Positions 1 to 12,940 of a stretch of DNA of 56,325 bases are shown here, one piece after another. The stretch lies in NCBI RefSeq assembly GCF_001194135.2, contig NC_068982.1, positions 22,972,545 to 23,028,869 of the forward strand, written 5' to 3'. Position numbers and translations under genes: made by a program. The DNA is from Octopus bimaculoides (taxonomy: Eukaryota). A model generated the notes under the pieces. That model was not told the DNA's origin. It worked only from the letters and a program-made list of their open reading frames with translations, and made no database searches. Within the stretch, counting starts at the first letter, position 1, and the number at the start of each line of letters is the position of its first letter.

Positions 1-41
<41 letters not shown>

Positions 42-87
42 GTATATATATATCTATCTATATCTATAAATATATATATGTATACGT

Positions 88-136
<49 letters not shown>

Positions 137-306
137 GGTATATATATGTGTGTATGCATGTGTATATATATATATATATATATACATATATGTAAGTCCG
201 CACACATTTACATACACATATACATATATACATACATTCATACATACATATATACATACACATACACACACATGTATATGTATGCATATGTGTATGTTTA
301 CATGCA
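1..306. repeat. compound (TA)n/(TATAGA)n/(TACA)n microsatellite
   Basis: Direct reading. Confidence 0.95.
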
Positions 307-645
307 CATATATGGGGTCAATAGTAAAGATATCGAAAATGAGACAGAATGGGATGGGAAAGGCTAGCAAGTAAATTAAAATTTCACAAGAACGAATAAG
401 TTGCTAGTCTGATATAGACTGATATAGACTGCGTGGTGAAATGAGAAAAAAAAGTTTGATGAAATTTCAGGGAAATTGAAATAGATAAGAGTGCTTGGAG
501 ATGGCCATGGAGTTCTAAATAAAAGTATTCAAGAGATGGGAGATAGGGTTGATGAAGTTTAATTACTTTTAAGAAGAAAATGAGTTTTTAATCAGGAATA
601 ACATTCTATCCCTATTACTCACATACGCACACAAGCTTCCCACCC

Positions 646-707
<62 letters not shown>

Positions 708-833
708 TATTTATATATATATAAGTATATATATGTGTGTAAGTACGCGCGTGTGTGTGTACGCATGAAACACACACATATGTATTCATCCTAAAAGTAT
801 ATATGCATTATCGTTAATATCTGATATTTCTAT

Positions 834-844
834 ATCTTATTATA

Positions 845-889
<45 letters not shown>

Positions 890-930
890 GTTATTATTAT
901 TGTTATTATTAAAATAATCTTGATGATGTC

Positions 931-962
<32 letters not shown>

Positions 963-963
963 C

Positions 964-1016
<53 letters not shown>

Positions 1017-1075
1017 GAATGTTGACAGTATTATTAGCATTATTATTATAGTTGTTGTTATTGCTGTGGTTATAG
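834..1075. repeat. (TAT)n followed by (GAT)n trinucleotide microsatellite
   Basis: Direct reading. Confidence 0.95.
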
Positions 1076-1439
1076 TTATTAAAGAGTGAGAGAGCAGCAC
1101 ACAGCATCAAAGTTACGGTGGGGCACAAATATACGGCGCCCAATATACTCCTCGTGCCTACCCGTCTAATTAGGATACATCCAGCACATGCATCACAGCA
1201 TATGTGATCTCATATCAAGAGAAACAGCGCATGACCTTGCAGGTGGAGCCTGGTTAGAATTTTCTGCAGCTCAAGTAGCCCATCCCACTTAAAATGTCCC
1301 TGAATAGGAGTTTTTTTAAGGATGATAAATGAAATATCCATGTTTCCAGAGGTGAATAATTCAAACCCCAAAGGAACATAAAATGAAAATAAAACGAAGA
1401 GCAAGAACTTACAATATGTAATGTATGACAATATGGCTC

Positions 1440-1830
1440 AGTATCTATAAAGCTACAGCGGGAATACAAGCGGATGATATGGGGTTACTCTGAAGGATCT
1501 CTGGAGCAACGATATTCGACAGAGTGCGTTACTCGGAGATCAGGGAGTCTCTCTAAGTCGAGCCACAACTGCTCTTCATTGGGAGGTCACAGATCTGGTA
1601 TTACGGTCATGTGATTACAGTGTGAACATGTGACGAGTTCCTAGCCAAATGATAGGACACCTTGCGGTAGATCAAGAATGAGGCGGTTGTATAATATCCT
1701 TAGTCACGATTGGTCCTGTTTGGAAATCCAGCTAGATGTTTTAATGACAAATGCTTCTGATAGAAGAAGAGGTGCCTAATAAATCTATCCCTACGACTTC
1801 CCTATAAATAGTGGGTGGAGAAGATGGGGA
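1440..1830 (+). mobile_element. decayed 3' end of an RTE-clade LINE (Rex3/Expander-like), RT C-terminus
   Basis: Frame from 1461 reads GIQADDMGLL*RISGATIFDRVRYSEIRESL*VEPQLLFIGRSQIWYYGHV; later frames give RVPSQM, GRSRMRRLYNILS and WSCLEIQ. This matches the recalled Rex3-type IQAAEMxFLRRxxGxxLxDRVRSSxIRExLxVEPLLLxIERSQLRWxGH...GRPRTRW. Confidence 0.85.
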
Positions 1831-2171
1831 CATTGCTGGAGCACTGGATGTCTACATCGTCATATCTACAACACTTCGCAGCAACTACAACTATAGATAA
1901 CAGTACAGCACAGCGTGTACCACACTACATCGCGGTATGTACAACAATTCATCACAGCATCTGTGTCACTCCATCTCAGAATCTGTAACACTACATCTCA
2001 CAACAATGTAGAACAGCCTTTACAACACTAAATCACATCTGCAAGCAGGTATAACAACCTCTACAGCACATCTTCCACAAAATGTCAGCGCTTATAAAAC
2101 AATACATCTACAATATAACACATGTAGATAACAACACAATATGTAGAACATTCTGTCACATTCTCTACAAC

Positions 2172-2296
2172 AGGCGGTGAACTTGCAGAATGGGTAGAGC
2201 AACAGAGAAAACAAACATCGCCGTAGTTACTTAGAATCCTTGCACCTGTGTTCAAATCTTGCTGTGGTCAACATTGTCCAGCCATTCGGGGACGAC
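2172..2296 (+). mobile_element. degenerate SINE-A copy (tRNA-derived, GGCGGCGAGCTGGCAGAA head)
   Basis: aggcggtgaacttgcagaa...gttcaaatcttgctgtggtcaac aligns by eye to the better copy at 25283. Confidence 0.6.
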
Positions 2297-2618
2297 GAAG
2301 TAAAATAATAATCATCGATAGTAGAATGGTGGAGTCGAATGATATACTTTACAATATTTGTACCAACACCTTGCGTTCTGAGTTCAAATCCAACCGTAGC
2401 CTACATGGCTGCTAGACTTAATCACTGTAACATCGTTGTTTGTCACTGGGACCTTTCAGCGAATAATTACAGTTTGTTGTAAGAATTTGGGGTAATTCTT
2501 TTTGAGCTCCTTCAGAAAAAGACCAATACGTTACAGCAGTCACCACACATCATATCTCCCTTAATAAAATGACAAAACTTCTAAATCAATTTTGAACAGC
2601 TTCTTCTACAAGCTACAG

Positions 2619-2662
<44 letters not shown>

Positions 2663-3549
2663 NNNNNNNNNNNNNNNNNNNNNNNNNNNNNNNNNNNNNN
2701 NNNNNNNNNNNNNNNNNNNNNNNNNNNNNNNNNNNNNNNNNNNNNNNNNNNNNNNNNNNNNNNNNNNNNNNNNNNNNNNNNNNNNNNNNNNNNNNNNNNN
2801 NNNNNNNNNNNNNNNNNNNNNNNNNNNNNNNNNNNNNNNNNNNNNNNNNNNNNNNNNNNNNNNNNNNNNNNNNNNNNNNNNNNNNNNNNNNNNNNNNNNN
2901 NNNNNNNNNNNNNNNNNNNNNNNNNNNNNNNNNNNNNNNNNNNNNNNNNNNNNNNNNNNNNNNNNNNNNNNNNNNNNNNNNNNNNNNNNNNNNNNNNNNN
3001 NNNNNNNNNNNNNNNNNNNNNNNNNNNNNNNNNNNNNNNNNNNNNNNNNNNNNNNNNNNNNNNNNNNNNNNNNNNNNNNNNNNNNNNNNNNNNNNNNNNN
3101 NNNNNNNNNNNNNNNNNNNNNNNNNNNNNNNNNNNNNNNNNNNNNNNNNNNNNNNNNNNNNNNNNNNNNNNNNNNNNNNNNNNNNNNNNNNNNNNNNNNN
3201 NNNNNNNNNNNNNNNNNNNNNNNNNNNNNNNNNNNNNNNNNNNNNNNNNNNNNNNNNNNNNNNNNNNNNNNNNNNNNNNNNNNNNNNNNNNNNNNNNNNN
3301 NNNNNNNNNNNNNNNNNNNNNNNNNNNNNNNNNNNNNNNNNNNNNNNNNNNNNNNNNNNNNNNNNNNNNNNNNNNNNNNNNNNNNNNNNNNNNNNNNNNN
3401 NNNNNNNNNNNNNNNNNNNNNNNNNNNNNNNNNNNNNNNNNNNNNNNNNNNNNNNNNNNNNNNNNNNNNNNNNNNNNNNNNNNNNNNNNNNNNNNNNNNN
3501 NNNNNNNNNNNNNNNNNNNNNNNNNNNNNNNNNNNNNNNNNNNNNNNNN

Positions 3550-3790
3550 ACATTTTAGCGGTCTCTATTGTCTAACCACTAAGTTACAAGGACCTAAACA
3601 AGTCAAGCAATGATGGAGGGGACACACACACACACACACACACACACGGACACACACACACACACGGACACACACACACACACACGGACACACACACACA
3701 TACGGACACACTACAAAATAAGTTCTGGTTTCCGTATTGTTTCTGTTCGCCAAGTTTTATTCACAAATCACTAAATAACCGTCTCCGCAG
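3550..3790 (-). mobile_element. degenerate SINE-B fragment with internal (CA)n tract
   Basis: ccactaagttacaaggacctaaaca...ggaggggacacaca... resembles the 24707-25138 copy. Confidence 0.55.
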
Positions 3791-3879
3791 GATAAGAAAC
3801 ATTTTATAATAATCCTCACCTCTCGCTCCTCCTCCCCTTTTCTTCCATTTATTCCTCCCCCTTATCCTACTCCGTTCTC

Positions 3880-4030
3880 ACCATCACCATCACCATCATT
3901 ATCAATATCATAATTTTTCTCATTGTCCTCCTCCTCCTCCGCATCATCGTCATCATCATCATCATCATCATCATCATCACCATCCTCAACCTCATCATCA
4001 TCATCATCATCATCAACGTCATCATCTATC
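3880..4030. repeat. (CAT)n/(CCT)n microsatellite
   Basis: Direct reading. Confidence 0.9.
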
Positions 4031-4224
4031 TATCTAACTTTGATCTCGGTGTGCAGCCGTAAAATCGAAGTTAGAATCCGACGGTTATGAAACGAACTTT
4101 TCCCCACCTCGGTACTATTTGTTAAAACTTGTCCCGCCTGTCTTATCTTCATTCTTTTTTGCGTTCATTACTTTCATTTTATACACAAATACACACATAT
4201 ATACATACATGTACACACATACAC

Positions 4225-4259
<35 letters not shown>

Positions 4260-6076
4260 TTTTCGTTTATATTTATTCATTCCGATGTCTTGGAGTGTTT
4301 GCGGTTGGTGTTGCTTGTATTGTTACCTTTGATGACTGTACGTAACTAGTTGATAACCTCCACACTATAGAGCTAGGTTATCTGTGAGGCCGTCTGTGGT
4401 GACTTAAGCTTGTAAACATATTGATTTTTGAATAGCATGAAAAGTAAACATAACAACAAAAAATAACACCAAGGAAATAAACAAACAAACATACAGAAAC
4501 TGTTAATAACAGAAGCCAAAATTAAGAATGAAACAAATACAAAATGAAAAAAAAGAAGCATTTATTTGTATCTCTTATATAAACATATAAACATTCTTGT
4601 GAATGAAATCTCTTCTCTTGCCAGCATATTTGGCATTCTTGCCCAGAAAGAACTCTATTGTACTTCTCTTTACAACTCCTTAACAATGCTGTGTAAAATT
4701 GTCCATGGGAACATTAAAGCTAAATATCTAAAGAGATAAATAAAAATAAACTTATCTGTTAAGTAGATGCCAATTTTTGAGAGTGGTTAACTATTATGTG
4801 TTGTCAATATAAAGATTTGGCTTAATCGAAAACTGCGTATTTATTTATTTTTTTGTTCCGTTCGTTTCTTCGGCTGAACAATATTCATCTGCCATTACTG
4901 TTTGTCACAATTGCACTCTCTATGCAATTATGTCAATGTAACTTACGTCTGAAGAAGGAACACGATACAAGTCAAGAGTATTAGGGAACATGCAACACAA
5001 AGAAGCAGAGAAACAAATAGATTTGAAACAACTTTATTTCTTTTTTCAAGTATTTTTATCCTTATTTCATGATCTTATATATATATGTATATATAAAAGA
5101 ATTCTTTAAAAAATATAACAAATATCCTACAACAAAAAGTAAAATCACCTCGAATTCCAATAATGTAAAAATATAATAGTCCCTGAGATTTGACGCTACA
5201 AAACATGATTTAGTATCGCATTTGTAAACTTTGCGATGCTTCAATGTTTGGAAATGTTCCCAATGACTAGATAAAGAACAGTAAAAGAACATAGAGAGAG
5301 TATCTTTATCTTTTTCATTATCCTTCTTCGTATTTCTTGTATATATTTCTACTTTTCATACTGCAGCTTTTTTTTTCTGTTCCTGATTATTTACGTTGAA
5401 GAATTTCTCTTTTTGTTTGCATCACAGTTCTCACCTTCTCTGATATACGTTCATTCATATATTCACGCACACACTCATTCACACACTCACAGCCAACAGG
5501 AAAACAGAAGACAGGTGATAGGCATTAGTTTCTAACATACATAATAACACAGCCGACACACATACAGTTATGTTTACGTATATTTAACCGCACGTGACAC
5601 ATACAAGCAAATATACTTAGTTACATATAAGCGTATGGGCATGAGCATATATTTTATACATGTGTTGACAGTCTTCTACAGCAAAGACGAACCAAAATTT
5701 AACAAGCAGTATTCATACTATACATATAGAAATCCCGCAAGTATAATTATTTTTGTGCTTTAACTGTGAAAGCTATATACCAGCAAAGGTTTAGTAGGTC
5801 CTGTACTTTGATTGTAATTATTTTCTCAATTACTCGCAGTTGAGTGATCCATAGTTCAGCTTTTCCTGTTACCATGAGCGGGGTATAAATCCAAAGGGCT
5901 TAATTCTTTAACAGTGGCCGTGCCGTATAAATAACGAGGATCTAATTAGTTTCCAAAATACTGGTTTTGTTTCTTTATGTGGATGCAAAAGAAAGAATTA
6001 TAGCAATTACATTTGCAAACCAATCGGGTCTGGAAACCCATTAATAAATGCTTCTATTATGTTACATGCCAAAAAC

Positions 6077-6290
6077 GAGGCAAGGTGACAGAATCTTTGA
6101 CACGCCGGAAGAACATGCTTAGCGGTGTTTTTTCAGGTTTCACGTTCTGAGTTCAAATTCCGCACAGGTCAACTTTGCTTTTCATTCTTCCAAGTGTCGA
6201 TACAATAAGTACTAGTCAGGCACTGGGGTCGATGTAATCGACAAACACCGTTCCTCCTAAACTTCAGACCTTGTGCCTATTGCAGAAAGA
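6077..6290 (+). mobile_element. SINE-A copy
   Basis: B-box region acgttctgagttcaaattccgc, then ggtcaactttgc...ggggtcgatgtaatcgac...ccttgtgcc tail shared with other copies. Confidence 0.85.
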
Positions 6291-6568
6291 TAAAAAAAAG
6301 TTAGATGTTAAAATACCTGTTATATATACGGGAATTAGAAAAAAAAAAACAAAAAAAAAACTGGTGTTGAATTTCTTTATGGCAAGAGGATGTTTTGAGA
6401 TGTTCTTTGTTATTTTCAGTCTTTACGTGTGTGTATATATATGCATGTCTATATGTTTGTGTATATGAGTATATGTATGTTTGTAAGCGTCGAGATCTTT
6501 TAAGCGAAGAGAATGAAAAAAAGGAAAATAATAAGAAGAAAAAAGCGAAAGAAAGATAGAAAGATCGA

Positions 6569-6600
<32 letters not shown>

Positions 6601-6914
6601 GGTGTTTTCTGGGATGGTTTATCTGTCATCAATTTCAACCATCTCAGAAAAAGACCCTCGTTTGTTCGTTCGTTTCTTTCTTTCCGTCTCTTGATCTTGT
6701 TTCTTTGTCTATTTAAAAAAATTCACCACACACACACACAGCTTACACGCATATGCATACACCAACACCCCCGCATTCCACACCCCACGCCCCCACACAC
6801 ACATACATATCAAACGTATAGTTTCAAAATTACAAAGAAACCCTAAAATAATACCCACCCCGAACACTCACTTTCCAAATCCCTAGAATATGTATATTTG
6901 AATCCATATGTGTT

Positions 6915-6945
<31 letters not shown>

Positions 6946-6946
6946 G

Positions 6947-6990
<44 letters not shown>

Positions 6991-7034
6991 AGTGTAGGTA
7001 TATATAAACACNNNNNNNNNNGGCAAGCAATTTC

Positions 7035-7073
<39 letters not shown>

Positions 7074-7124
7074 TGTAGGTATATATAAACACGAACACGG
7101 CAAGCAATTTCAGGTGTGTGTGTG

Positions 7125-7297
7125 GCGGACTAATGTATTACATCGACCTCGGTGTTCATCCGGTGCTTATTTTATCGACCCCGGTAAGATGAAAGGCAAA
7201 GTTGACTTCGGCAAAGTTTGGACTCAGAACATAAAGACGGACCAAATACCGCTAGGCATTTTGCCCGGAGTCCTCACGATTCTTTCAGCTCGCTGCC
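7125..7297 (-). mobile_element. SINE-A copy
   Basis: Reverse complement of SINE-A (gatgaaaggcaaagttgacttcggc...cagctcgctgcc). Confidence 0.85.
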
Positions 7298-7384
7298 TTT
7301 ATGTGCAGAATTTACAAAGTTTCGATTCACACGCCAAAACTTTAAAGACGCTGAAACTTTTCCTCGTAAAAAATTCATGTCTTT

Positions 7385-7598
7385 CATTTTATTTACTTGT
7401 TTCAGTCACGAACAATTTGTTCTAGTCGAATAGATCGACCAGAATACTCATATTTTTAAAGCGTGGTACTTACTCTATCGGTCCCTTTTTCCCGACCGCT
7501 AATTTACGGTGACATAGACATACTAGCATCGGTTGCCAAGCGGTGGCGTTGGGGGAAAAACACAGACACACATACGCATAAACATATATATATATATA
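7385..7598 (-). mobile_element. SINE-B 3' half
   Basis: tacttgtttcagtca...tacttactctatcggtccc...gcatcggttgccaagcg aligns to 24707-24900. Confidence 0.75.
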
Positions 7599-8016
7599 NN
7601 NNNNNNNNNNNNNNNNNNNNNNNNNNNNNNNNNNNNNNNNNNNNNNNNNNNNNNNNNNNNNNNNNNNNNNNNNNNNNNNNNNNNNNNNNNNNNNNNNNNN
7701 NNNNNNNNNNNNNNNNNNNNNNNNNNNNNNNNNNNNNNNNNNNNNNNNNNNNNNNNNNNNNNNNNNNNNNNNNNNNNNNNNNNNNNNNNNNNNNNNNNNN
7801 NNNNNNNNNNNNNNNNNNNNNNNNNNNNNNNNNNNNNNNNNNNNNNNNNNNNNNNNNNNNNNNNNNNNNNNNNNNNNNNNNNNNNNNNNNNNNNNNNNNN
7901 NNNNNNNNNNNNNNNNNNNNNNNNNNNNNNNNNNNNNNNNNNNNNNNNNNNNNNNNNNNNNNNNNNNNNNNNNNNNNNNNNNNNNNNNNNNTATATATAT
8001 ATATATATGTTTATAT

Positions 8017-8261
8017 AAAATGGAGGATAGTATGCTGAACCCAACCGAAACAGCTGTAAGATTAAACTTCTGTTCATTCTCTAATTACTTATGTACTTTG
8101 TACTTCTATCTGTAAACCCGGTTGGCAAAATAACATGCTTTGTCATAAGCACCTGTACCTTGTGGTTTTTTTCTTGTCACTTTAGCTATGAATTAAATTA
8201 ATGAATTCAACGGGATACACTGTCTGCAAGTAGATGGGTTCAGCATACTATCCTCCATTTT
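8017..8261. repeat. perfect 27-bp inverted repeat (8017-8043 and 8235-8261) with an HHR 3'-half motif inside the left arm
   Basis: aaaatggaggatagtatgctgaaccca and its exact reverse complement; GAAACAGCTGTAAGA at 8047-8061 is identical to 26833-26847. Confidence 0.85.
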
Positions 8262-9099
8262 CTAATATATATACAAATTTGGGGTAACCCTTCCCCTTTT
8301 ACTCGCTTCCATTTATTGCACTTGGTATAACACTAGTGTAGCAATAATTCGGTACCCTCCCAGCAGTATATTGGATAGATACTATCCCTTAGTGGGTTGA
8401 ACCCTCAACCCCTAACTCTCTCGCATTATATATATATNNNNNNNNNNNNNNNNNNNNNNNNNNNNNNNNNNNNNNNNNNNNNNNNNNNNNNNNNNNNNNN
8501 NNNNNNNNNNNNNNNNNNNNNNNNNNNNNNNNNNNNNNNNNNNNNNNNNNNNNNNNNNNNNNNNNNNNNNNNNNNNNNNNNNNNNNNNNNNNNNNNNNNN
8601 NNNNNNNNNNNNNNNNNNNNNNNNNNNNNNNNNNNNNNNNNNNNNNNNNNNNNNNNNNNNNNNNNNNNNNNNNNNNNNNNNNNNNNNNNNNNNNNNNNNN
8701 NNNNNNNNNNNNNNNNNNNNNNNNNNNNNNNNNNNNNNNNNNNNNNNNNNNNNNNNNNNNNNNNNNNNNNNNNNNNNNNNNNNNNNNNNNNNNNNNNNNN
8801 NNNNNNNNNNNNNNNNNNNNNNNNNNNNNNNNNNNNNNNNNNNNNNNNNNNNNNNNNNNNNNNNNNNNNNNNNNNNNNNNNNNNNNNNNNNNNNNNNNNN
8901 NNNNNNNNNNNNNNNNNNNNNNNNNNNNNNNNNNNNNNNATGGGTCCAGTGTAATCCGTGGGTAGGAGAGGTGCAGCCGGAGGGTATAAAGTTCAGAATC
9001 AAACAGTCCAGATCCAGAAGGAAAGAAGGTAGAATCCAAAAGTTGGTAGTGTGTGATGAGAGGAGACAGGATTAGCTGGTGCGACCACGTGAGCGTGTA

Positions 9100-9262
9100 T
9101 TATATGTGGGAGAATATACAAATAATAACAACAGACGAGGACAAGTGGTGTAAATAACAAAAGGATATATTAGTATGACGCTCGGGAATACGGAAAGTCT
9201 TTGACGTTTCGAGTTACGCTCTTCAACAGAAAGAATACGGAGACAAGGAGAAAAACACATAT
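9100..9262 (-). mobile_element. Penelope-like terminal-repeat fragment (HHR family 2)
   Basis: Reverse complement of 31680-31835; contains the HHR at 9198-9234. Confidence 0.7.
9198..9234 (-). ncRNA. minimal type-I hammerhead-like motif (variant core CUGUUGA)
   Basis: UCUUU-CUGUUGA-A-GAG(CGUAA)CUC-GAAA-CG-UC-AAAGA: 5-bp stem I, stem II, palindromic ACGU stem III, GUC site. Confidence 0.6.
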
Positions 9263-9430
9263 CGGCGGGCTTCTTTCAGGTTCCGTCTACCAAATCTACA
9301 TCATAAGACTTTGGTCAGCCTGAGACTATAGTTAAAGACACTTGCTCAAGCTGCCACGCAGTAGGACTGAACCCGCAACTATGTGGTTGGGAAGCAAGCT
9401 TCTTACTAAATATCCACGCCTGTGCCTATA
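9262..9430 (-). mobile_element. SINE-B 5' half (tRNA-like head plus CORE-like box)
   Basis: cgggcttctttcagg...gacacttgctcaagctgccacgcagtaggactgaacccg...ggttgggaagcaagc matches the reverse complement of 50590-50750. Confidence 0.85.
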
Positions 9431-9572
9431 TCAATAACAAAGAAAAGGCATGAGTGATTATGAAGTTTAATGAGAAATGAATATATATATGTATATATGT
9501 ATATATATACATATATATGTATATATATATATATATATATATACATATATAAGTACATATATACATATAATA

Positions 9573-9603
<31 letters not shown>

Positions 9604-10602
9604 ATAATGTACATATATATAATATACATAACACATAGATATATATGTATATGTATATTTGCACACACACACACATACACACACACACACATATATATAC
9701 ACACACACATAATACCAACATATATATATATGCACATACACACACACACATATGCGTAAACATATATAGAAAGAGAAAAAGAAACCGAGAAAAGGAGAGG
9801 GAGAGGGGGAGAGAGAGGACACTCAGATAGAGAAAAAAGATGGACGGTGGAAAATAAGACAAAATTGGATAGTGTTTTCGATACTTGTTCAGCTTTTAGC
9901 TTAGTTGTAATTTTAGATATATCCTTGAGTTATGAGAGAGAATATATACTCTTTTTCCGTGAAAAGATTTCTCCTTTATTATATTTTACAGACCGTGCTT
10001 CTATTATTGTTACACCTCATATAAGTTGCGTAGTTGTTAAGTAAATTATTCGTTATAAACATTTCTGTAAGTGATTTACTATTCGTAATGCAATATTTGC
10101 TTCTTCGAAACTCATTCAATATTCTGAGGGAAGATGTGGTTTTATTTTGTAATAACACAATGATTGAACAGTTCTTACATTCTTTCTATTGTGTCTTATG
10201 GTAGGCTGATCCGCAAGTTAGCTAGCCTTAATAAATATTTTCAAAAGTTTTCCGTAATTTATTATTATCTACGAAAGACATACATAAATAAGGAGCTGTG
10301 AACATTGAACAATTTGTCTATAGACAGAACGGGACAAGTTTTCTTCAGCACTATTACGGATAACATTTTTTCTCATGTACAATTCTTACATAAATTTTCT
10401 TATGTAGCTAAAATCACATAGCTAAAATGGCAAGAATTCTTTGTGTCTTTTTGGTTTTTCTTCTCACCAGAAAAGATTGTGTACCACCAGAAATATATAT
10501 CCGTAAAATATATAAGGTTCCAGCAAAGAATGAGTGACACTGCCAATCCCAGAGTTTATAAAGTCGTGGGGGACACACAGATATACACATACTATGTGTA
10601 TG

Positions 10603-10643
<41 letters not shown>

Positions 10644-10675
10644 CACATAATATATATATATATACATATGTGTGC

Positions 10676-10721
<46 letters not shown>

Positions 10722-11414
10722 ACTTGGGGATGGTCATATTGCCAGTCTAGCCAATAAAAACACACGCACTGTATATTTGGTGTTAATTTGCTTCAGCTTT
10801 ATATTACATTATNNNNNNNNNNCACCTTGCTAACTATCAGTTTCAACACACGATTTCACATCAAAAATCTTGCAAAACATATATATATATATATATATAT
10901 ATAGCTCTAAGAAAATGGAGGAGAATATGCGGTATCCATCGACTTGCAGACAGTGTATTCTATTGAATTAATTTGTTTATTTTGTAACTAAAATGACAAA
11001 AACCACAATATACAGATGCTTATGACATACCATGTCATATTAACAATTAAGGTTACAAATATAAAGTACATTTAGCGATTGGAGAATATACGGTATTCCA
11101 CGATATTCCAAACTACCAAATTCCTGCACGTGACATTTCTCAGCAAAGAGCTAGAGAAGATATTTGCACAAGGTATGTCTCTCAATGGGACAAAACTAGA
11201 AACTACGGCGTTGCGAAATGAACTCCTGAACTACTGAACACCAGACCCGTTTCTGACAATATTCTATGAACTTCAATTTTCCAGCCAGCTCCGAAGATAC
11301 AGGTTTCTTTCTGCATGACACCATTCAAATCACAACATTTTTATGAAAGGTGATTTATTTGATCAGCATATCAAATTTGGAGACCATCTGTTAGTAAAAC
11401 GGTTCGGCAATAGA

Positions 11415-11677
11415 AGAATAAAAATAAATGCGTCCTTTTTAAAGCCTAGCCAGGCTCATAGGCCCGGTTTCCCGGTTTCAATGGCGCATGTGTTCCCCCA
11501 GCTGGACGAGACGCCAGTCCATCGCAGCGTTACGCAACTTTGCCAGCTGAGTGGACTGGAGCAACGTGAAATGAAGTGTTTTACTCAAAAACACAACGCG
11601 CCGCCCGGTCCAGGAATCGAAACCACAATCTTACGATCGTGATCCTGACACCTTAACCACTGAGCCACGAGCCTCCA
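11415..11677 (-). mobile_element. full-length SINE-D (tRNA head; V-SINE/Nin-like central motif) with 7-bp TSD
   Basis: A box tggctcagtgg, B box gtttcgattcc, central gcgatggactggcgtctcgtccag, then gaaaccggg; flanking CAATAGA at 11408-11414 and 11678-11684. The superfamily label is from memory. Confidence 0.85.
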
Positions 11678-12896
11678 CAATAGACGATTAACTTGTCTAA
11701 TTATACTGTATTATGACATACACAACGTAAACGGTTCTCGCCCTCTACCAAATATGTTTGTGCTCTTAGCACTGTGCGTCTATACAAAAGGAAATCTGGG
11801 GGTAAATAGAGTCGTGTTCTACGTTCAAATAATGCATCCATGCTAAGTAGGACATGTAGACTGGATGACGGTATTAATCCTGCCTTCATCACAAATATTT
11901 ACTTTTACAAATCCTGCCAGATATTTTCGGCATCATTGATGTCATTGACATCGGTGTGACTCAATATATCATCTGTGGTGAAATTTGTCTGGTATACGGC
12001 AACTAGCCGCCTCCCACTGATGAAGCGCATTAACTGAAATCCTGAGCTCTGATAGTCCCAAAGTCTATCCCATTTTGTTCTCAGCTGTTAAGATATATAT
12101 ATGTGCTCTTTTAAACACCGTAAGTTTATAGCAGATACACTCTAAAGGCAAATACCGCACTATTCAGCGTTCTGAAGAAGAAGCGCTGTATGAAACCACG
12201 AACTTACGTAATGTTACGTGATGTTGCATAATGTTACGTGTCAAGCAACATTATGCATCTGTGCTTTAATAAAAACGATATGAAAACCTGTGTAATAATA
12301 CCCTAAATACACATTCCATTTACACACACACATACATTTATATAATATATATATATATATATATANNNNNNNNNNNNNNNNNNNNNNNNNNNNNNNNNNN
12401 NNNNNNNNNNNNNNNNNNNNNNNNNNNNNNNNNNNNNNNNNNNNNNNNNNNNNNNNNNNNNNNNNNNNNNNNNNNNNNNNNNNNNNNNNNNNNNNNNNNN
12501 NNNNNNNNNNNNNNNNNNNNNNNNNNNNNNNNNNNNNNNNNNNNNNNNNNNNNNNNNNNNNNNNNNNNNNNNNNNNNNNNNNNNNNNNNNNNNNNNNNNN
12601 NNNNNNNNNNNNNNNNNNNNNNNNNNNNNNNNNNNNNNNNNNNNNNNNNNNNNNNNNNNNNNNNNNNNNNNNNNNNNNNNNNNNNNNNNNNNNNNNNNNN
12701 NNNNNNNNNNNNNNNNNNNNNNNNNNNNNNNNNNNNNNNNNNNNNNNNNNNNNNNNNNNNNNNNNNNATATATATATATATATATATATATACATGCAGG
12801 ACGACACCGGCAGTGCAAATAACATGGAATACGTAAATAAACGAGGGAAAAGTGGAAAACAAGATGTGTACGTGTGTGTGTATATATATGTATGCT

Positions 12897-12928
<32 letters not shown>

Positions 12929-12940
12929 CGGGCGGGCGCG

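Noticed and set aside
4600-4750. Strong minus-strand acceptor (tttatctctttag at about 4728)
   Set aside because: All three frames stop within 20 codons and there is no good donor; such motifs are common in AT-rich DNA.
6965-7122. About 80-bp tandem unit ((GT)n-gagtgtaggtatatataaacac...) around a 10-N gap
   Set aside because: Likely a contig-overlap duplication at the gap; cannot be separated from a real minisatellite.
11700-12080. Nearly open minus frame (…TTDDILSHTDVNDINDAENIWQDL*K*IFVMKAG…)
   Set aside because: Two in-frame stops, no convincing splice sites, and only a vague LINE-linker resemblance.
12017-12085. CTGATGA...GAAA at 12017 as a hammerhead
   Set aside because: Stem II is only about 2 bp, and there is no stem III, NUH site or stem I pairing.
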